From contig CAYJVR010000003.1 in assembly GCA_964373715.1 (NCBI GenBank), forward strand, positions 47,050 to 111,049: a stretch of 64,000 nucleotides of DNA, given 5' to 3'. The notes beneath the pieces are model-generated. The model did not search any database. It was not told where the DNA came from and saw nothing but the letters and a program-made list of their open reading frames with translations. Positions 1 through 8,913 of this stretch are shown in pieces. Each line of letters opens with the position of its first letter. Within the stretch, counting starts at the first letter, position 1. The position numbers were made by a program, and so were the translations under genes. The stretch is from an uncultured Planctomycetia bacterium. Lineage in GTDB: Bacteria; Omnitrophota; Gorgyraeia; 1-14-0-20-64-10.

Positions 1-443
1 AATGGAAGAGATCTGGATAATCTTTCCCGACCGCTGCTTCATCATGATCCGGCCAACCGCTTTGGCCATGAGAAAAGCGCCGGTGAGGTTCACCGAAACG
101 GCCTTGTCCCAATCCTCTTTGTTCATCCGGAAGAAGAACCCACCCTCCCACACGCCGGCGTTGTTGACCAGCACGTCGATCCTGCCGAACTCTTTGACCG
201 CCGAATCAACGATGCCCTTGACCTGCCCCTCATCCGAAACGTCGCCTGCCATAACCGCGGTTTTACGCCCTATCCCGCGAATCTGGCCGGAGATTTCCTG
301 GAGCGATTCTGCCTTCCGGGCGTTTAACGCCAGATGGCAGCCCGCTTCGGCCAGCGCGAGGGACATAGCCCGGCCAAGCCCGCGGGAAGCGCCGGTCACC
401 AACGCCACCTTGCCGGTCAGGTCAAAAAGATTTTGAATCCCCA
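1..443 (-). CDS. Short-chain dehydrogenase/reductase (FabG-like), N-terminal part. The gene runs off the 5' edge of the window.
   Basis: Reverse-strand translation from the ATG at 443 gives MGIQNLFDLTGKVALVTGASRGLGRAMS...VLVNNAGV, which contains the TGxxxGxG Rossmann motif and the NNAG motif. This partial gene is not in the ORF track because it has no stop inside the window. Confidence 0.8.
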
Positions 444-1379
444 TTAATGGACTCCCTGTTCCTGGAGGTACCTTTCACAGTCTATCGCCGCCATACATCC
501 CCAGCCGGCCGCAGTGACCGCCTGTTTGTACCGGACGTCATGGATGTCCCCGCAGCCGAAAACACCGGACACCGAAGTCTGCGTGTTCTCCTTCAGCACG
601 AGATAGCCTTTCTCGTCCAGATCCACCTGCCCTTTCAAGAAAGAGGTGTTCGGCTCATGGCCGATCGCGATGAAAACCCCTCCGCAGGCCAGGTCCGATT
701 CTTTGCCGGTTTTCAGATTTTTCAGTTTAACGCCGGTCACTTTCCCCTTCGCGGCGTCGTAGATCTCCGCGACAGCCGAGTCCCAGACCCAACTGATTTT
801 CGGATTCGATTTCGCCCGATCCTGCATGATCTTCGACGCCCGCAGGGTGTCCCGGCGGTGGACGACCGTCACCTTACTGGCAAACTTTGTCAAAAATGTA
901 GACTCCTCCATCGCGGTGTCTCCGCCCCCAACAACAACCACCTCCTGCCCTTTGAAAAAAAATGCATCGCAGGTGGCGCAGGCCGACACCCCGTGGCCGA
1001 TCAATTTCTTCTCCGACTCCAACCCGATGAATTTTGCCGACGCCCCGGTGGCGACGATCAGAGTCCTCGTCCGGACCGGTTTCCCATCAACAAAGACCGA
1101 AAAGGGGGGTTTCGAGAGGTCCACAGTTTCCGCATTCCCGGCGATAAAGCGGGTGTCGAAACGGGCCGCCTGCTTTTTCATCTGCTCCATCAGCTCCGGC
1201 CCTTGTATCCCCAGGGGAAACCCGGGGTAATTTTCGACTTCGGTCGTTATTGCCAGCTGGCCGCCCGGCATCGTCCCCTCGATCAGCAGAGGCTTTAAGT
1301 TGGCCCGCGCGGCGTAAACCGCGGCGGTCAACCCCGCGCAGCCGGACCCTAAAATAACCACGTTTTCAATCTCAGACAT
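444..1379 (-). CDS. trxB: Thioredoxin-disulfide reductase
   Basis: 311 aa with GSGxAG FAD and NAD(P) sites and the redox-active CATCD motif (ACATCDAFFF). Confidence 0.9.
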   Translation of the reverse strand: MSEIENVVILGSGCAGLTAAVYAARANLKPLLIEGTMPGGQLAITTEVENYPGFPLGIQGPELMEQMKKQAARFDTRFIAGNAETVDLSKPPFSVFVDGKPVRTRTLIVATGASAKFIGLESEKKLIGHGVSACATCDAFFFKGQEVVVVGGGDTAMEESTFLTKFASKVTVVHRRDTLRASKIMQDRAKSNPKISWVWDSAVAEIYDAAKGKVTGVKLKNLKTGKESDLACGGVFIAIGHEPNTSFLKGQVDLDEKGYLVLKENTQTSVSGVFGCGDIHDVRYKQAVTAAGWGCMAAIDCERYLQEQGVH

Positions 1380-1413
1380 CGCAATATCCTATTTTTTCCA
1401 TTATACAGCAGGA

Positions 1414-1905
1414 CTAATTCATCACCGCCTGGACCCGGGCCAAAGCCATCCACGCCGACTTGTAGCGGGGATTCTCCTTCAGCGCAGCCCGGTAACATTC
1501 ACGGGCTTTCAAGTACCTGCCCTTGATCTCCCAAATCCTGCCGAGGTTGTAGTGAGGGAACATTCTCTCCTGGTAGCGGCCCGCCTTGATCGCCCGCTCG
1601 AGCCATGGGACCGCCTCATCCAAACTCCCTCGCTCGATCAGGTAAGCCCCAATGTCGTTGTACGGGTTCCCGAAATTCGGGTCGGCAGCTATCGCTTTCT
1701 TGCACTCGGTAATCGCGTCATCCAGTTTCCCGAGCAGAGCGTAAGCCCATCCGAGGTACGTGTGCGCCTCGGCCGTCGAAGCAAATTCCAATGACTTTTT
1801 ATAGCAGCCAACAGCCCCTTTTAGGCGGCCGTTGCGCTGATTCTCGAACCCCATCTCGAAAAAGAGGTCGGCTTGTTTTCTCAGTTCGGAAAATTCATGC
1901 ATCAT
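1414..1905 (-). CDS. Tetratricopeptide (TPR) repeat protein
   Basis: 163 aa with degenerate 34-aa TPR repeats (AxxYxxLGxAY...A). It overlaps the downstream gene by 11 nt. Confidence 0.6.
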   Translation of the reverse strand: MMHEFSELRKQADLFFEMGFENQRNGRLKGAVGCYKKSLEFASTAEAHTYLGWAYALLGKLDDAITECKKAIAADPNFGNPYNDIGAYLIERGSLDEAVPWLERAIKAGRYQERMFPHYNLGRIWEIKGRYLKARECYRAALKENPRYKSAWMALARVQAVMN

Positions 1906-2719
1906 TTTTGAGATTGGCTGCTTCGTTTTTAAAGAGCGGTTTAAGGATCTTCACCAAACCCGCATGAACCAAAGGGGATCCCGCCGCGATATGACCGTCC
2001 GTCATATAAGAAGACTTCCCGAGAAAATTACTGACCCTGCCGCCGGCCTCTTCCACGATTAAAGCCCCTGCCGCCATATCCCACGGGGAAAGCCCCATCT
2101 CCCAGAAACCGCCGGCCCTTCCGCAGGCGGAATAAGCTAGATCCAGCGCCGCGGAACCGGCCCGCCGGATCGCCCCAGTCTTCATGAAAACCTCTCGGAA
2201 CGATTTCAAATAAAGGTCCAGCTGTTTCTGCGCCTTAAAAGGGAATCCGGTGGTAATGAGAGTCCCTTTGAGAGAAGTTTTAGATATGACCCGAATGCGG
2301 CGGCCGTTCAAGTAGGCCCCTTTACCCCTGACGGCCGTGAAAAGCTCCTTCCTCAGAGGATCATAGATAACTCCGACCTGCATAACGCCTTTTTTCGCCA
2401 TCGCGATCGAAACGCAGAACATCGGGAACGCGTGAATGAAATTCACCGTCCCGTCCAAAGGGTCAATGAACCATTGGCAGTCGCCGATCCTCATGTCGAG
2501 AGGCGATTCTTCGGCAACAATGATATGCCCCGGGAAAACCCCGCGGATAATCCGAAGAATGGTCTTCTCGGAAAGATGATCAATGCGGGTGACCCAGTCG
2601 GACGGCCCCTTCTGCCTGACATCGGAAACTCTCAAGCGGCCGACATGCGACGAAAGAACACGCCCTCCCGCCAAAGCCGCGCGGACCGCCACGGAAAGAG
2701 CGGCTTGGTTCGGATTCAT
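1895..2719 (-). CDS. Inositol monophosphatase family protein (SuhB/CysQ-like)
   Basis: Contains the WFIDPLDGTVNF IMPase signature. Its ATGA start overlaps the upstream Nudix gene. Confidence 0.85.
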   Translation of the reverse strand: MNPNQAALSVAVRAALAGGRVLSSHVGRLRVSDVRQKGPSDWVTRIDHLSEKTILRIIRGVFPGHIIVAEESPLDMRIGDCQWFIDPLDGTVNFIHAFPMFCVSIAMAKKGVMQVGVIYDPLRKELFTAVRGKGAYLNGRRIRVISKTSLKGTLITTGFPFKAQKQLDLYLKSFREVFMKTGAIRRAGSAALDLAYSACGRAGGFWEMGLSPWDMAAGALIVEEAGGRVSNFLGKSSYMTDGHIAAGSPLVHAGLVKILKPLFKNEAANLKNDA

Positions 2720-3147
2720 CTGCCGATCCCTTTATTAAGCAATTCCTTGATGATCGGACCACTTGCCGGCGGGAATTCGAAATCGGCCAGCTCTTTGGCC
2801 TCCACCCATCGGAATTCGGAACATTCAATCGGCTGAGGCTCCCGCCCCTCCAGGATACCGCATGAAAAACAGTGGAACCTCAGCAGGCGGTTTGGATACT
2901 GGTATTCGACAACCTGTATCTCTTCCATCACCTTCACCGGAATCCCCAGTTCCTCCCTGATTTCACGGACGAGGCAGCCCCTCATGTCCTCATCGGGATT
3001 CAGTTTCCCTCCCGGGAATTCCCACAACCCGCCGAAACTGTCCTCCGGCAGCCTCTTTGCGATAAGGAAGCGCCCATCCCGCTGGATCACGGCAATCGCG
3101 ACGATCAGCGGGGCCTCCATGGGCTGTTTTTCCTCCGGGTTAAGCAA
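2716..3147 (-). CDS. Nudix hydrolase, MutT-like (8-oxo-dGTP diphosphatase family)
   Basis: Nudix box GGLWEFPGGKLNPDEDMRGCLVREIREELGI. Collinear with E. coli MutT. Confidence 0.8.
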   Translation of the reverse strand: MLNPEEKQPMEAPLIVAIAVIQRDGRFLIAKRLPEDSFGGLWEFPGGKLNPDEDMRGCLVREIREELGIPVKVMEEIQVVEYQYPNRLLRFHCFSCGILEGREPQPIECSEFRWVEAKELADFEFPPASGPIIKELLNKGIGR

Positions 3148-3877
3148 GAAGGCGTCCTCCGTCCACCGGAATCATGGCGCCGGTGACGAAGTCCGTCCCG
3201 CAGACAAGGAAGAGTACCGCTTGCGCGATATCCTCGGGAGACCCGCATCTCTTTAAAAGGGTGCGCCGCACCGCCTTTTCCTTTTCCTTGGCCGACGTGC
3301 CCGGAGGAAAAAGAATGGGCCCAGGGGCTATGGCGTTTACCTGGACTTCAGGCGCAAGAACTTTAGCCAAACCCCGGGTCAAGACTGCCAGGCCTCCCTT
3401 GGCCGCAGAATACGGCAGGTAGTCGATCCAGGGGGAGAAAACTGAAACGTCCACGATATTGATGATCTTCCCGGCCCCCCGCCGTTTCATCGCCTTACCG
3501 GCGGCCTGCGCGAACCACCAGGGTCCCGACAGATTGGTCCGGATGCTCTCTTCCCACTGAGCCTCAGTCACGTTTTCAAACGGGGTCGGATAAAAGGAGG
3601 AGGCGTTATTGACCAGCACATCCAACCGGCGGAAGCGGAAGATGATCTGCTTCACCGCCTCTTTTACCTGGTCCGCGTCCCGCTGGTCCACCCGGTAGGC
3701 GGCCGACCTCACTCCCTGTTTCCGGATAAGGGCAACCGTCCGACCGGCCTCGGTCTCGGAGGTATTGTAGGTGATCGCCACATGGCAGCCCCGGGAAGCA
3801 AGCCCTAGAGAAACCTGCCTGCCGACCCTCTTGGCACCTCCGGTGACGAGCGCCACCTTCCCCTTGATGTTCATCAA
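3140..3877 (-). CDS. SDR family oxidoreductase, FolM/pteridine-reductase-like
   Basis: TGGAKRVG Rossmann motif, NNAS, YSAAK catalytic motif, APGPILFP. Pattern-level resemblance to E. coli FolM / PTR1. Confidence 0.6.
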   Translation of the reverse strand: MMNIKGKVALVTGGAKRVGRQVSLGLASRGCHVAITYNTSETEAGRTVALIRKQGVRSAAYRVDQRDADQVKEAVKQIIFRFRRLDVLVNNASSFYPTPFENVTEAQWEESIRTNLSGPWWFAQAAGKAMKRRGAGKIINIVDVSVFSPWIDYLPYSAAKGGLAVLTRGLAKVLAPEVQVNAIAPGPILFPPGTSAKEKEKAVRRTLLKRCGSPEDIAQAVLFLVCGTDFVTGAMIPVDGGRLLA

Positions 3878-4299
3878 AACTGCTCCAGAGATTTTCTTCC
3901 GGAAAACCCGGTTTCGATGTCATGCCAAAAGCGAACCCTATCCTCCCCCTCTTTCCAGCAGAGGTAGACCAAGGTCTCCCCGCGGGAGGCGAAAAAGTCG
4001 ACAAGCCCTTCATTGAGATCTTTCAACTCAACGCCGAGCCCATTGAACGCTTCGAGCTTCGCCTCAAAGACTTTCAGCCCCTCCTCAATGAGCTTGTCCA
4101 ACCGGGCCACCTCGGTTTCCGCCTTCGGGCTAACCGTCCCATCCTCCCGGAGCCACGAAAGCTCTTCAACCGTTTTCTTGCGCTCCACCCCGAAAATCTT
4201 CTCCCGTTGAACGCGCAGCTCCTTCAATCTCCCGGTAAGTTCCGGGATCATGCTGTTGGCCTCATCCGCGGTAAAAACTTTCAGTCCCTCATCCTTCAT
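3874..4299 (-). CDS. DUF2203 family coiled-coil protein
   Basis: 141 aa. The N-terminus MKxFTADEANSMIPELT matches DUF2203 starts. Translationally coupled to both neighbours. Confidence 0.5.
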   Translation of the reverse strand: MKDEGLKVFTADEANSMIPELTGRLKELRVQREKIFGVERKKTVEELSWLREDGTVSPKAETEVARLDKLIEEGLKVFEAKLEAFNGLGVELKDLNEGLVDFFASRGETLVYLCWKEGEDRVRFWHDIETGFSGRKSLEQF

Positions 4300-4302
4300 G
4301 GA

Positions 4303-5133
4303 TCAGACCTCCACAAACTCCAGAGGAACCGTCTTGGGCGTAAGCCCCTTCTCGGCGGACCAATCCAGCAGTTTCTGCATCGCCTTGGCGCCGTCCGGCC
4401 TGCAGTCCACGCTCCACCGGTTGACGTACATGCCGACAAACCGGTCCGTAAGCGCCGGACTCAAGCCCCTGCCGTACTGCTGGGCGTAACGGAGCGCCTC
4501 ATCCCGGTGGGCGAACGCGTAATCGAGGCTGTCCTTAAATGTGGACGCCAGCTTCTTCAGGACGGCAGCGCCTAAATCCCTGCGGACCACATTGACCCCG
4601 AGCGGGACCGGAAGGCCGGTCGTCTGTTTCCACCATTCCCCCAAATCAAGCACCTTCGAAAGCCCGCTGGAGGAATAGGTGATCTGCCCTTCGTGGATTA
4701 AAACCCCCGCGGGTATCTTCCCCTCGTGGACTGCCGGCAGTATCTGATCAAACGGCATCATCACGAGGTCTGCTTCCCCTATCGCCAGCTGCAACAGCAG
4801 CGATGCGGTGGTCAAACGGCCTGGGACCGCGATCCGGACTTTCTTAAGTTCTTCAACCGTCATCGGACTTTTGCTGACGACCAGCGGACCGTAGCCTTCG
4901 CCGACGCTGGCGCCCGTTGTCAGCAGGAGGTAGCGGTCGGCGATGTAGGGATAGGCATGAAGGGAAACCGCCGTCATTTCGAGCTCGCCGCTCATCGCCC
5001 GCTGGTTAAGCTCTTCGATCCCCTCCATGCAGTGGGTCACCGTCATCCCGCCCAGTGGGACCTTCCCGTTGGTCATCGCATAGAACAAAAAAGCATCGTC
5101 CGGGTCCGGGCTGTGCCCAATGCGGATGTTCAT
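4303..5133 (-). CDS. mqnD: 1,4-dihydroxy-6-naphthoate synthase (futalosine-pathway menaquinone biosynthesis), MqnA/MqnD family
   Basis: The N-terminus MNIRIGHSPDPDDAFLFYAM matches the MqnD SPCPNDTFIFYA motif. Size is 276 aa. Confidence 0.65.
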   Translation of the reverse strand: MNIRIGHSPDPDDAFLFYAMTNGKVPLGGMTVTHCMEGIEELNQRAMSGELEMTAVSLHAYPYIADRYLLLTTGASVGEGYGPLVVSKSPMTVEELKKVRIAVPGRLTTASLLLQLAIGEADLVMMPFDQILPAVHEGKIPAGVLIHEGQITYSSSGLSKVLDLGEWWKQTTGLPVPLGVNVVRRDLGAAVLKKLASTFKDSLDYAFAHRDEALRYAQQYGRGLSPALTDRFVGMYVNRWSVDCRPDGAKAMQKLLDWSAEKGLTPKTVPLEFVEV

Positions 5134-5151
5134 GAAAACAGCTCCTTTAAC

Positions 5152-6210
5152 TTAAGAAGGTTCTGCTTCTTCTCCGGGCTCATCAAATTCATCACCCTCT
5201 TCTTCATCGTCATCTTCCGTGAGCCCCTCAAAATCTTCATTCGGCGCCAACTCGCTGAGGAACCGTGTAAAAACCCTTTCAAGAAGCTCATCCTGCCGAT
5301 CCACGTAGATCAGGATCAAGTTCCGCAGCATGCGCGCCAGAATCTCCCGGTTGGTGACCCCATCCATGAACTCCGACTGGTAGGGGTACCCCGCTTCAAC
5401 GATAAACTGGATGCACTCCGCCCGGGTGAGGAACCGCCCCTCGTTAAAAGTATCCAGGTACATTTCTCCCCCGTCCATCTCATATTTCAGCATAAAATGG
5501 CCCGGGATGCCGACCCCTTTAATGGGGAGCTTCAAGCGGTGCGCCAAAAGCATATAAAGGACAGACAAGCTGATCGGAATTCCCAGCTTCCTGTCCATCA
5601 CCCTATTCAGAAAGCTGTTCTGGGGATCAAAATAATCATTCCAATTCCCCCGGAATCCCTCCCTCTTAAACAGGTAGTCGTTCAGGACCCCTAAATGAGC
5701 GCGCAGCTTCTCAGCCGGCTTCAGTTTGGAACGGACCTTCTCCGCCATCTCATCGAGCCGGCGCTGGTAAATCTGAGCGTCAATGTTCGGGTAACTGACG
5801 CGGGCAAGGAGAAAGACCCCCGTCTCCAAGTCGATCTGCTCATCCGGCAACGCGGAAAGGCCCCCCCACTCCGTCAACAACGAGGAGAGTTGGACCTCCC
5901 TCAGGATTTTGCCCGCCTCGACGCGGACGGCGGCGTCTTCGTGAGACTTTGACGCCTTCTTAAGGTATGGGACCGCCTGGGCCCCCATCTCAATGAGCTT
6001 CGCCCGGGCCGTCTCAACAATCTGGGGATCGTCATCAGCCAGAAGTTTCAACAGCGCCAATAGGTTAGATTCAGGTGTAAGATCGGCCATATCTGGAGGT
6101 AATTGGTCACTTAGCTTACCGGAGCCCACAAGCGATGTCAACGCCTCCCTATCGACGGAAAGAGATTGTGGTATATTTATCCTGAAGGAACAACTTGATA
6201 GATGCCTCAA
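5152..6210 (-). CDS. Transglutaminase-like/TPR protein (SirB1/UPF0162 family) with an acidic C-terminal tail
   Basis: 352 aa with helical repeats and a DE-rich C-terminus. The start is probably an internal Met. Confidence 0.45.
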   Translation of the reverse strand: MRHLSSCSFRINIPQSLSVDREALTSLVGSGKLSDQLPPDMADLTPESNLLALLKLLADDDPQIVETARAKLIEMGAQAVPYLKKASKSHEDAAVRVEAGKILREVQLSSLLTEWGGLSALPDEQIDLETGVFLLARVSYPNIDAQIYQRRLDEMAEKVRSKLKPAEKLRAHLGVLNDYLFKREGFRGNWNDYFDPQNSFLNRVMDRKLGIPISLSVLYMLLAHRLKLPIKGVGIPGHFMLKYEMDGGEMYLDTFNEGRFLTRAECIQFIVEAGYPYQSEFMDGVTNREILARMLRNLILIYVDRQDELLERVFTRFLSELAPNEDFEGLTEDDDEEEGDEFDEPGEEAEPS

Positions 6211-6981
6211 CTGCTTGATCTACGGTTGATTGTTGAAGAGGAGGCGCCTCCGCTTGAATTGGAGATGCCGAGGGTTTACCGCCGTCCTCCGATGCCCCCT
6301 CCTCCCCGCCGCAAAAAAGCGGTCCGCAAACTCGCACGGGAAGCCCGTGAGGCTTCCGGCCGATCCGACTGGCCTGCGTTCGGGTTAGCCTATGGAGAGC
6401 TGACCGTCCTTTTCCAGCCGATGATCCAGTGGGGGCTTTCCTGCTGGGAGTATCTGCTTTCCAGTGAAGGATGCCGATTCGTCTGCCGCTTGCCGGAAGA
6501 AAAAAGGTACTGCCGGGGGGATTACCGGGCCTTCTCGGAGAAAGAGTACAATTCACTTGTTTATAAGGCCTTCAAGAACTGCCTTCTCGCCTATTCTTCA
6601 CAGCGGGAACCCGGAGATTTCAGCTTGTTCGTCAGGAGAAACTTCTGGCCCGAACTCCGGGAACAGTATAAAGCGATGGAACAACCTCCGGATCCCCGGC
6701 AGAGGATGCTCACCGGCTACTCGTACCTGCGCTGCGTCCCCTATCAGTTCCTGAACGACCTGCACCATGCCCGGGTCACCAAGATAATCTCCCGCTTGCC
6801 TGAGAAGATGCGCCGGGTCATTGAGCTCTATTACCTGCGTTTCTTCACGAAAGAGGCGGCGCAGGAGGCTTTGGGGATCAACCGGCTGGCTTTCCGGCGG
6901 AGGCAGCTGGCCGCGCTGCGCTGCATCTCAGAGGAAGACCGCTTAAGCTACGTTCTTCTGCGCCAAATCGAGCGATATTAA
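6202..6981 (+). CDS. Hypothetical protein with a degenerate ECF-sigma-like region 2 and a sigma-70 region-4-like HTH C-terminus. Start uncertain.
   Basis: The C-terminal LPEKMRRVIELYYLRFFTKEAAQEALGINRLAFRRRQLAALR resembles sigma70_r4_2. There is an upstream FSLFVRRNFWPELREQYK region-2.2-like segment and a Pro-rich N-terminus. Alternative starts are at 6265, 6292 and 6421. Confidence 0.4.
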   Translation: MPQLLDLRLIVEEEAPPLELEMPRVYRRPPMPPPPRRKKAVRKLAREAREASGRSDWPAFGLAYGELTVLFQPMIQWGLSCWEYLLSSEGCRFVCRLPEEKRYCRGDYRAFSEKEYNSLVYKAFKNCLLAYSSQREPGDFSLFVRRNFWPELREQYKAMEQPPDPRQRMLTGYSYLRCVPYQFLNDLHHARVTKIISRLPEKMRRVIELYYLRFFTKEAAQEALGINRLAFRRRQLAALRCISEEDRLSYVLLRQIERY

Positions 6982-7005
6982 TAAAGGTTCCCGGCAGAAC
7001 CCGCG

Positions 7006-7950
7006 TTACATTTTTACGCCGAGGGCGTTCAGTTGATCCAACAGGGGCCCCATATCGCCGGTGAACTGATGCGTGCGGATGCCGAGCACGTCGGCCGCCT
7101 CGATCAGGTCCCGCCGGTCGTCGATGTAGAACGCGTGCGAGGCCGGGACATTCGCCAGTTCCAGCGCCCGCTTGTAGATCACCGGGTGCGGCTTCAGCGC
7201 TCCCACCTCGTAAGAAAGGGCCCATCCGGTCATCTCCCGCAGAAACGGGTACTCCTCGACGCAGAACTCGAAATGGGCCCGGTTCGTATTCGATACCAGC
7301 ACACAAGGATAGTGGGCCATCAGCTTCCGGAGCAGGAACACCATCTCGACGTTCTCCGAAAAGATCCCGTTCCAGACACAAACAAACTCTTCGTAGTTGA
7401 CCTTCAGGTCCACCAGCCGCTTTAGCCCCTCGTAGAAAGCCCTCGAAGAAATTTTGCCTTCGTCGTGCTGACGCACGAGCGGCGAATCGTAAAAAAGCTG
7501 GTACAACAACTCCGGGTTGCTGGTCGTCCGGTCGGTCACCTTCCTGGCGAGGATCATATGGTCGAAGCGAATGAGCACATTGCCAAGATCGAACAGGAAG
7601 GCCTCGACCGGGGCGGCGGATACGCCAGGATCGATGGCCTGCCCTTTCCCGGCCATCGAAGCAAGCTGCTCTTTGATGATCTGGTCCACGTCCGCCGGCG
7701 CCACATTGTGGTACCACTGATAATCCGGATAGACCATCACGTTAGCCCCTTTGGCACACTGATCCATGCAGCCGGACCCGCTTATCCGGACCTTGCCGCT
7801 GAGCCCGTTCGCTTTCACGTACGCTTTGAGCTTGGTCTTGATCTCTTCCCCATCCACGTTCGCACAGCAGGAGGTGCCGTCTTCCCGCTTGTTGATGCAG
7901 ACGTAGATGTGCTTGAGATATGGGGCATGGGCCGATTCCATGGAAAACAT
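7006..7950 (-). CDS. Fusion protein: thioredoxin-like [2Fe-2S] ferredoxin domain plus HAD-IA phosphatase (YihX-like)
   Basis: The N-terminus HIYVCINKREDGTSCCA...SGCMDQCAKGANVMV has the 4 Cys of the NuoE/Fd-like fold. The C-terminus FLFDLGNVLI...LVSNTN...YIDDRRDLIEAADVLGI matches YihX-type HAD motifs I-III. Confidence 0.65.
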   Translation of the reverse strand: MFSMESAHAPYLKHIYVCINKREDGTSCCANVDGEEIKTKLKAYVKANGLSGKVRISGSGCMDQCAKGANVMVYPDYQWYHNVAPADVDQIIKEQLASMAGKGQAIDPGVSAAPVEAFLFDLGNVLIRFDHMILARKVTDRTTSNPELLYQLFYDSPLVRQHDEGKISSRAFYEGLKRLVDLKVNYEEFVCVWNGIFSENVEMVFLLRKLMAHYPCVLVSNTNRAHFEFCVEEYPFLREMTGWALSYEVGALKPHPVIYKRALELANVPASHAFYIDDRRDLIEAADVLGIRTHQFTGDMGPLLDQLNALGVKM

Positions 7951-8214
7951 TATAACAGAGAGGGTTCGGCGATTAACGCGGGGGAGCGCCGACTCCGGCG
8001 TTCGTCACATATCAGCGCAGGATTCATGGTGTCCGCAAACAGCACACCACCGTTTACAGGAACGGTTGAAAAGCTTCGCGCCGCAGGTCGGACAGTACAG
8101 GTGGCGGGTCATTTCATCTTGAGGGCCGCCGGCAGACGGCCCGGAAAAACCGGCGGGCATCGGGCACTCGGAAGTTTCAGAGGCCGGGGCCTGTTTTTCT
8201 TGCCCCACGCCCCC

Positions 8215-8913
8215 TTAGACCCCGCCCTTCCGGATCGCGAGCTTCACCTCGCCGATCGCGCGGGTCACATTGATCCCCCGGGGACAAGCCTCGACACAGT
8301 TGAAGACGGTCCGGCAGCGCCATACCCCGTCGTTGCCGTTGAGCACGGCAAGGCGCTCCTCTTTCCCCTGGTCACGGCTGTCGAAGATAAACCGGTGCGC
8401 CTGGACAATCGCCGCCGGCCCGACGTAATCCGGGTTCGACCAAAAAGAGGGGCAGCTGGTCGTGCAGGCGCCGCAGAGAATGCACTTGGTCGTGTCTTCG
8501 AATTTGTCCAGTTCGGCGGGAGACTGGATTCGTTCCTTCTCCGGCCTCTCCGATTTCTCAACCAGGTACGGCATGACGGAGCGGTATTTCTGAAAGAAAC
8601 CGTCCATATCCACGATGAAATCCTTTAATACCGTGAAACCTTTCATCGGCTCAATCATAATCGGCTGCTTCACGTGCTTGACCAGCATCTTGCAGGCGAG
8701 ACGGTTCCGGCCGTTGATCAGCATCGCGTCGGAACCGCAGACACCGTGCGCGCAGGAACGCCGGTAGCCTAAACTGCCGTCCAGCTTTCCCTTGATCTCC
8801 TCCAATCCGTCCAAAACCCGATCGGTCGGCTCCATCTCCACCTGATACATTTCCCAATGGGGCTTCTGGTCCTTCTGAGGGTCGAACCGGAGGAGCTTGA
8901 ATGTCACCTGCAT
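8215..8913 (-). CDS. sdhB: Succinate dehydrogenase/fumarate reductase iron-sulfur subunit
   Basis: 2Fe-2S, 4Fe-4S and 3Fe-4S Cys clusters (CxxxxCxxC...CxxCxxCxxxCP). Confidence 0.9.
   Translation of the reverse strand: MQVTFKLLRFDPQKDQKPHWEMYQVEMEPTDRVLDGLEEIKGKLDGSLGYRRSCAHGVCGSDAMLINGRNRLACKMLVKHVKQPIMIEPMKGFTVLKDFIVDMDGFFQKYRSVMPYLVEKSERPEKERIQSPAELDKFEDTTKCILCGACTTSCPSFWSNPDYVGPAAIVQAHRFIFDSRDQGKEERLAVLNGNDGVWRCRTVFNCVEACPRGINVTRAIGEVKLAIRKGGV

Noticed and set aside
2-436. 144-aa plus-strand ORF at the window start
   Set aside because: It lies antisense to a clear SDR (TGASRGLG, NNAG) encoded on the minus strand. Its low-complexity composition is typical of a GC-driven shadow ORF.
7465-8628. 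387-aa plus-strand ORF spanning the Fd-HAD gene and sdhB
   Set aside because: It is antisense to two well-supported genes, Arg/Gly/Pro-rich, and has no recognisable motifs. The same reasoning covers the other long antisense ORFs in the track (447-1298, 4726-5694, 9483-10718, 13776-14444, 16800-17543, 18482-19210, 18727-19464, 20132-20683, 22233-23081, 24019-24852, 25342-26133, 26611-27621, 27717-28976, 33322-33948, 38886-39713, 45798-46538, 49246-50250, 51034-51771, 54682-55332, 61715-62725).
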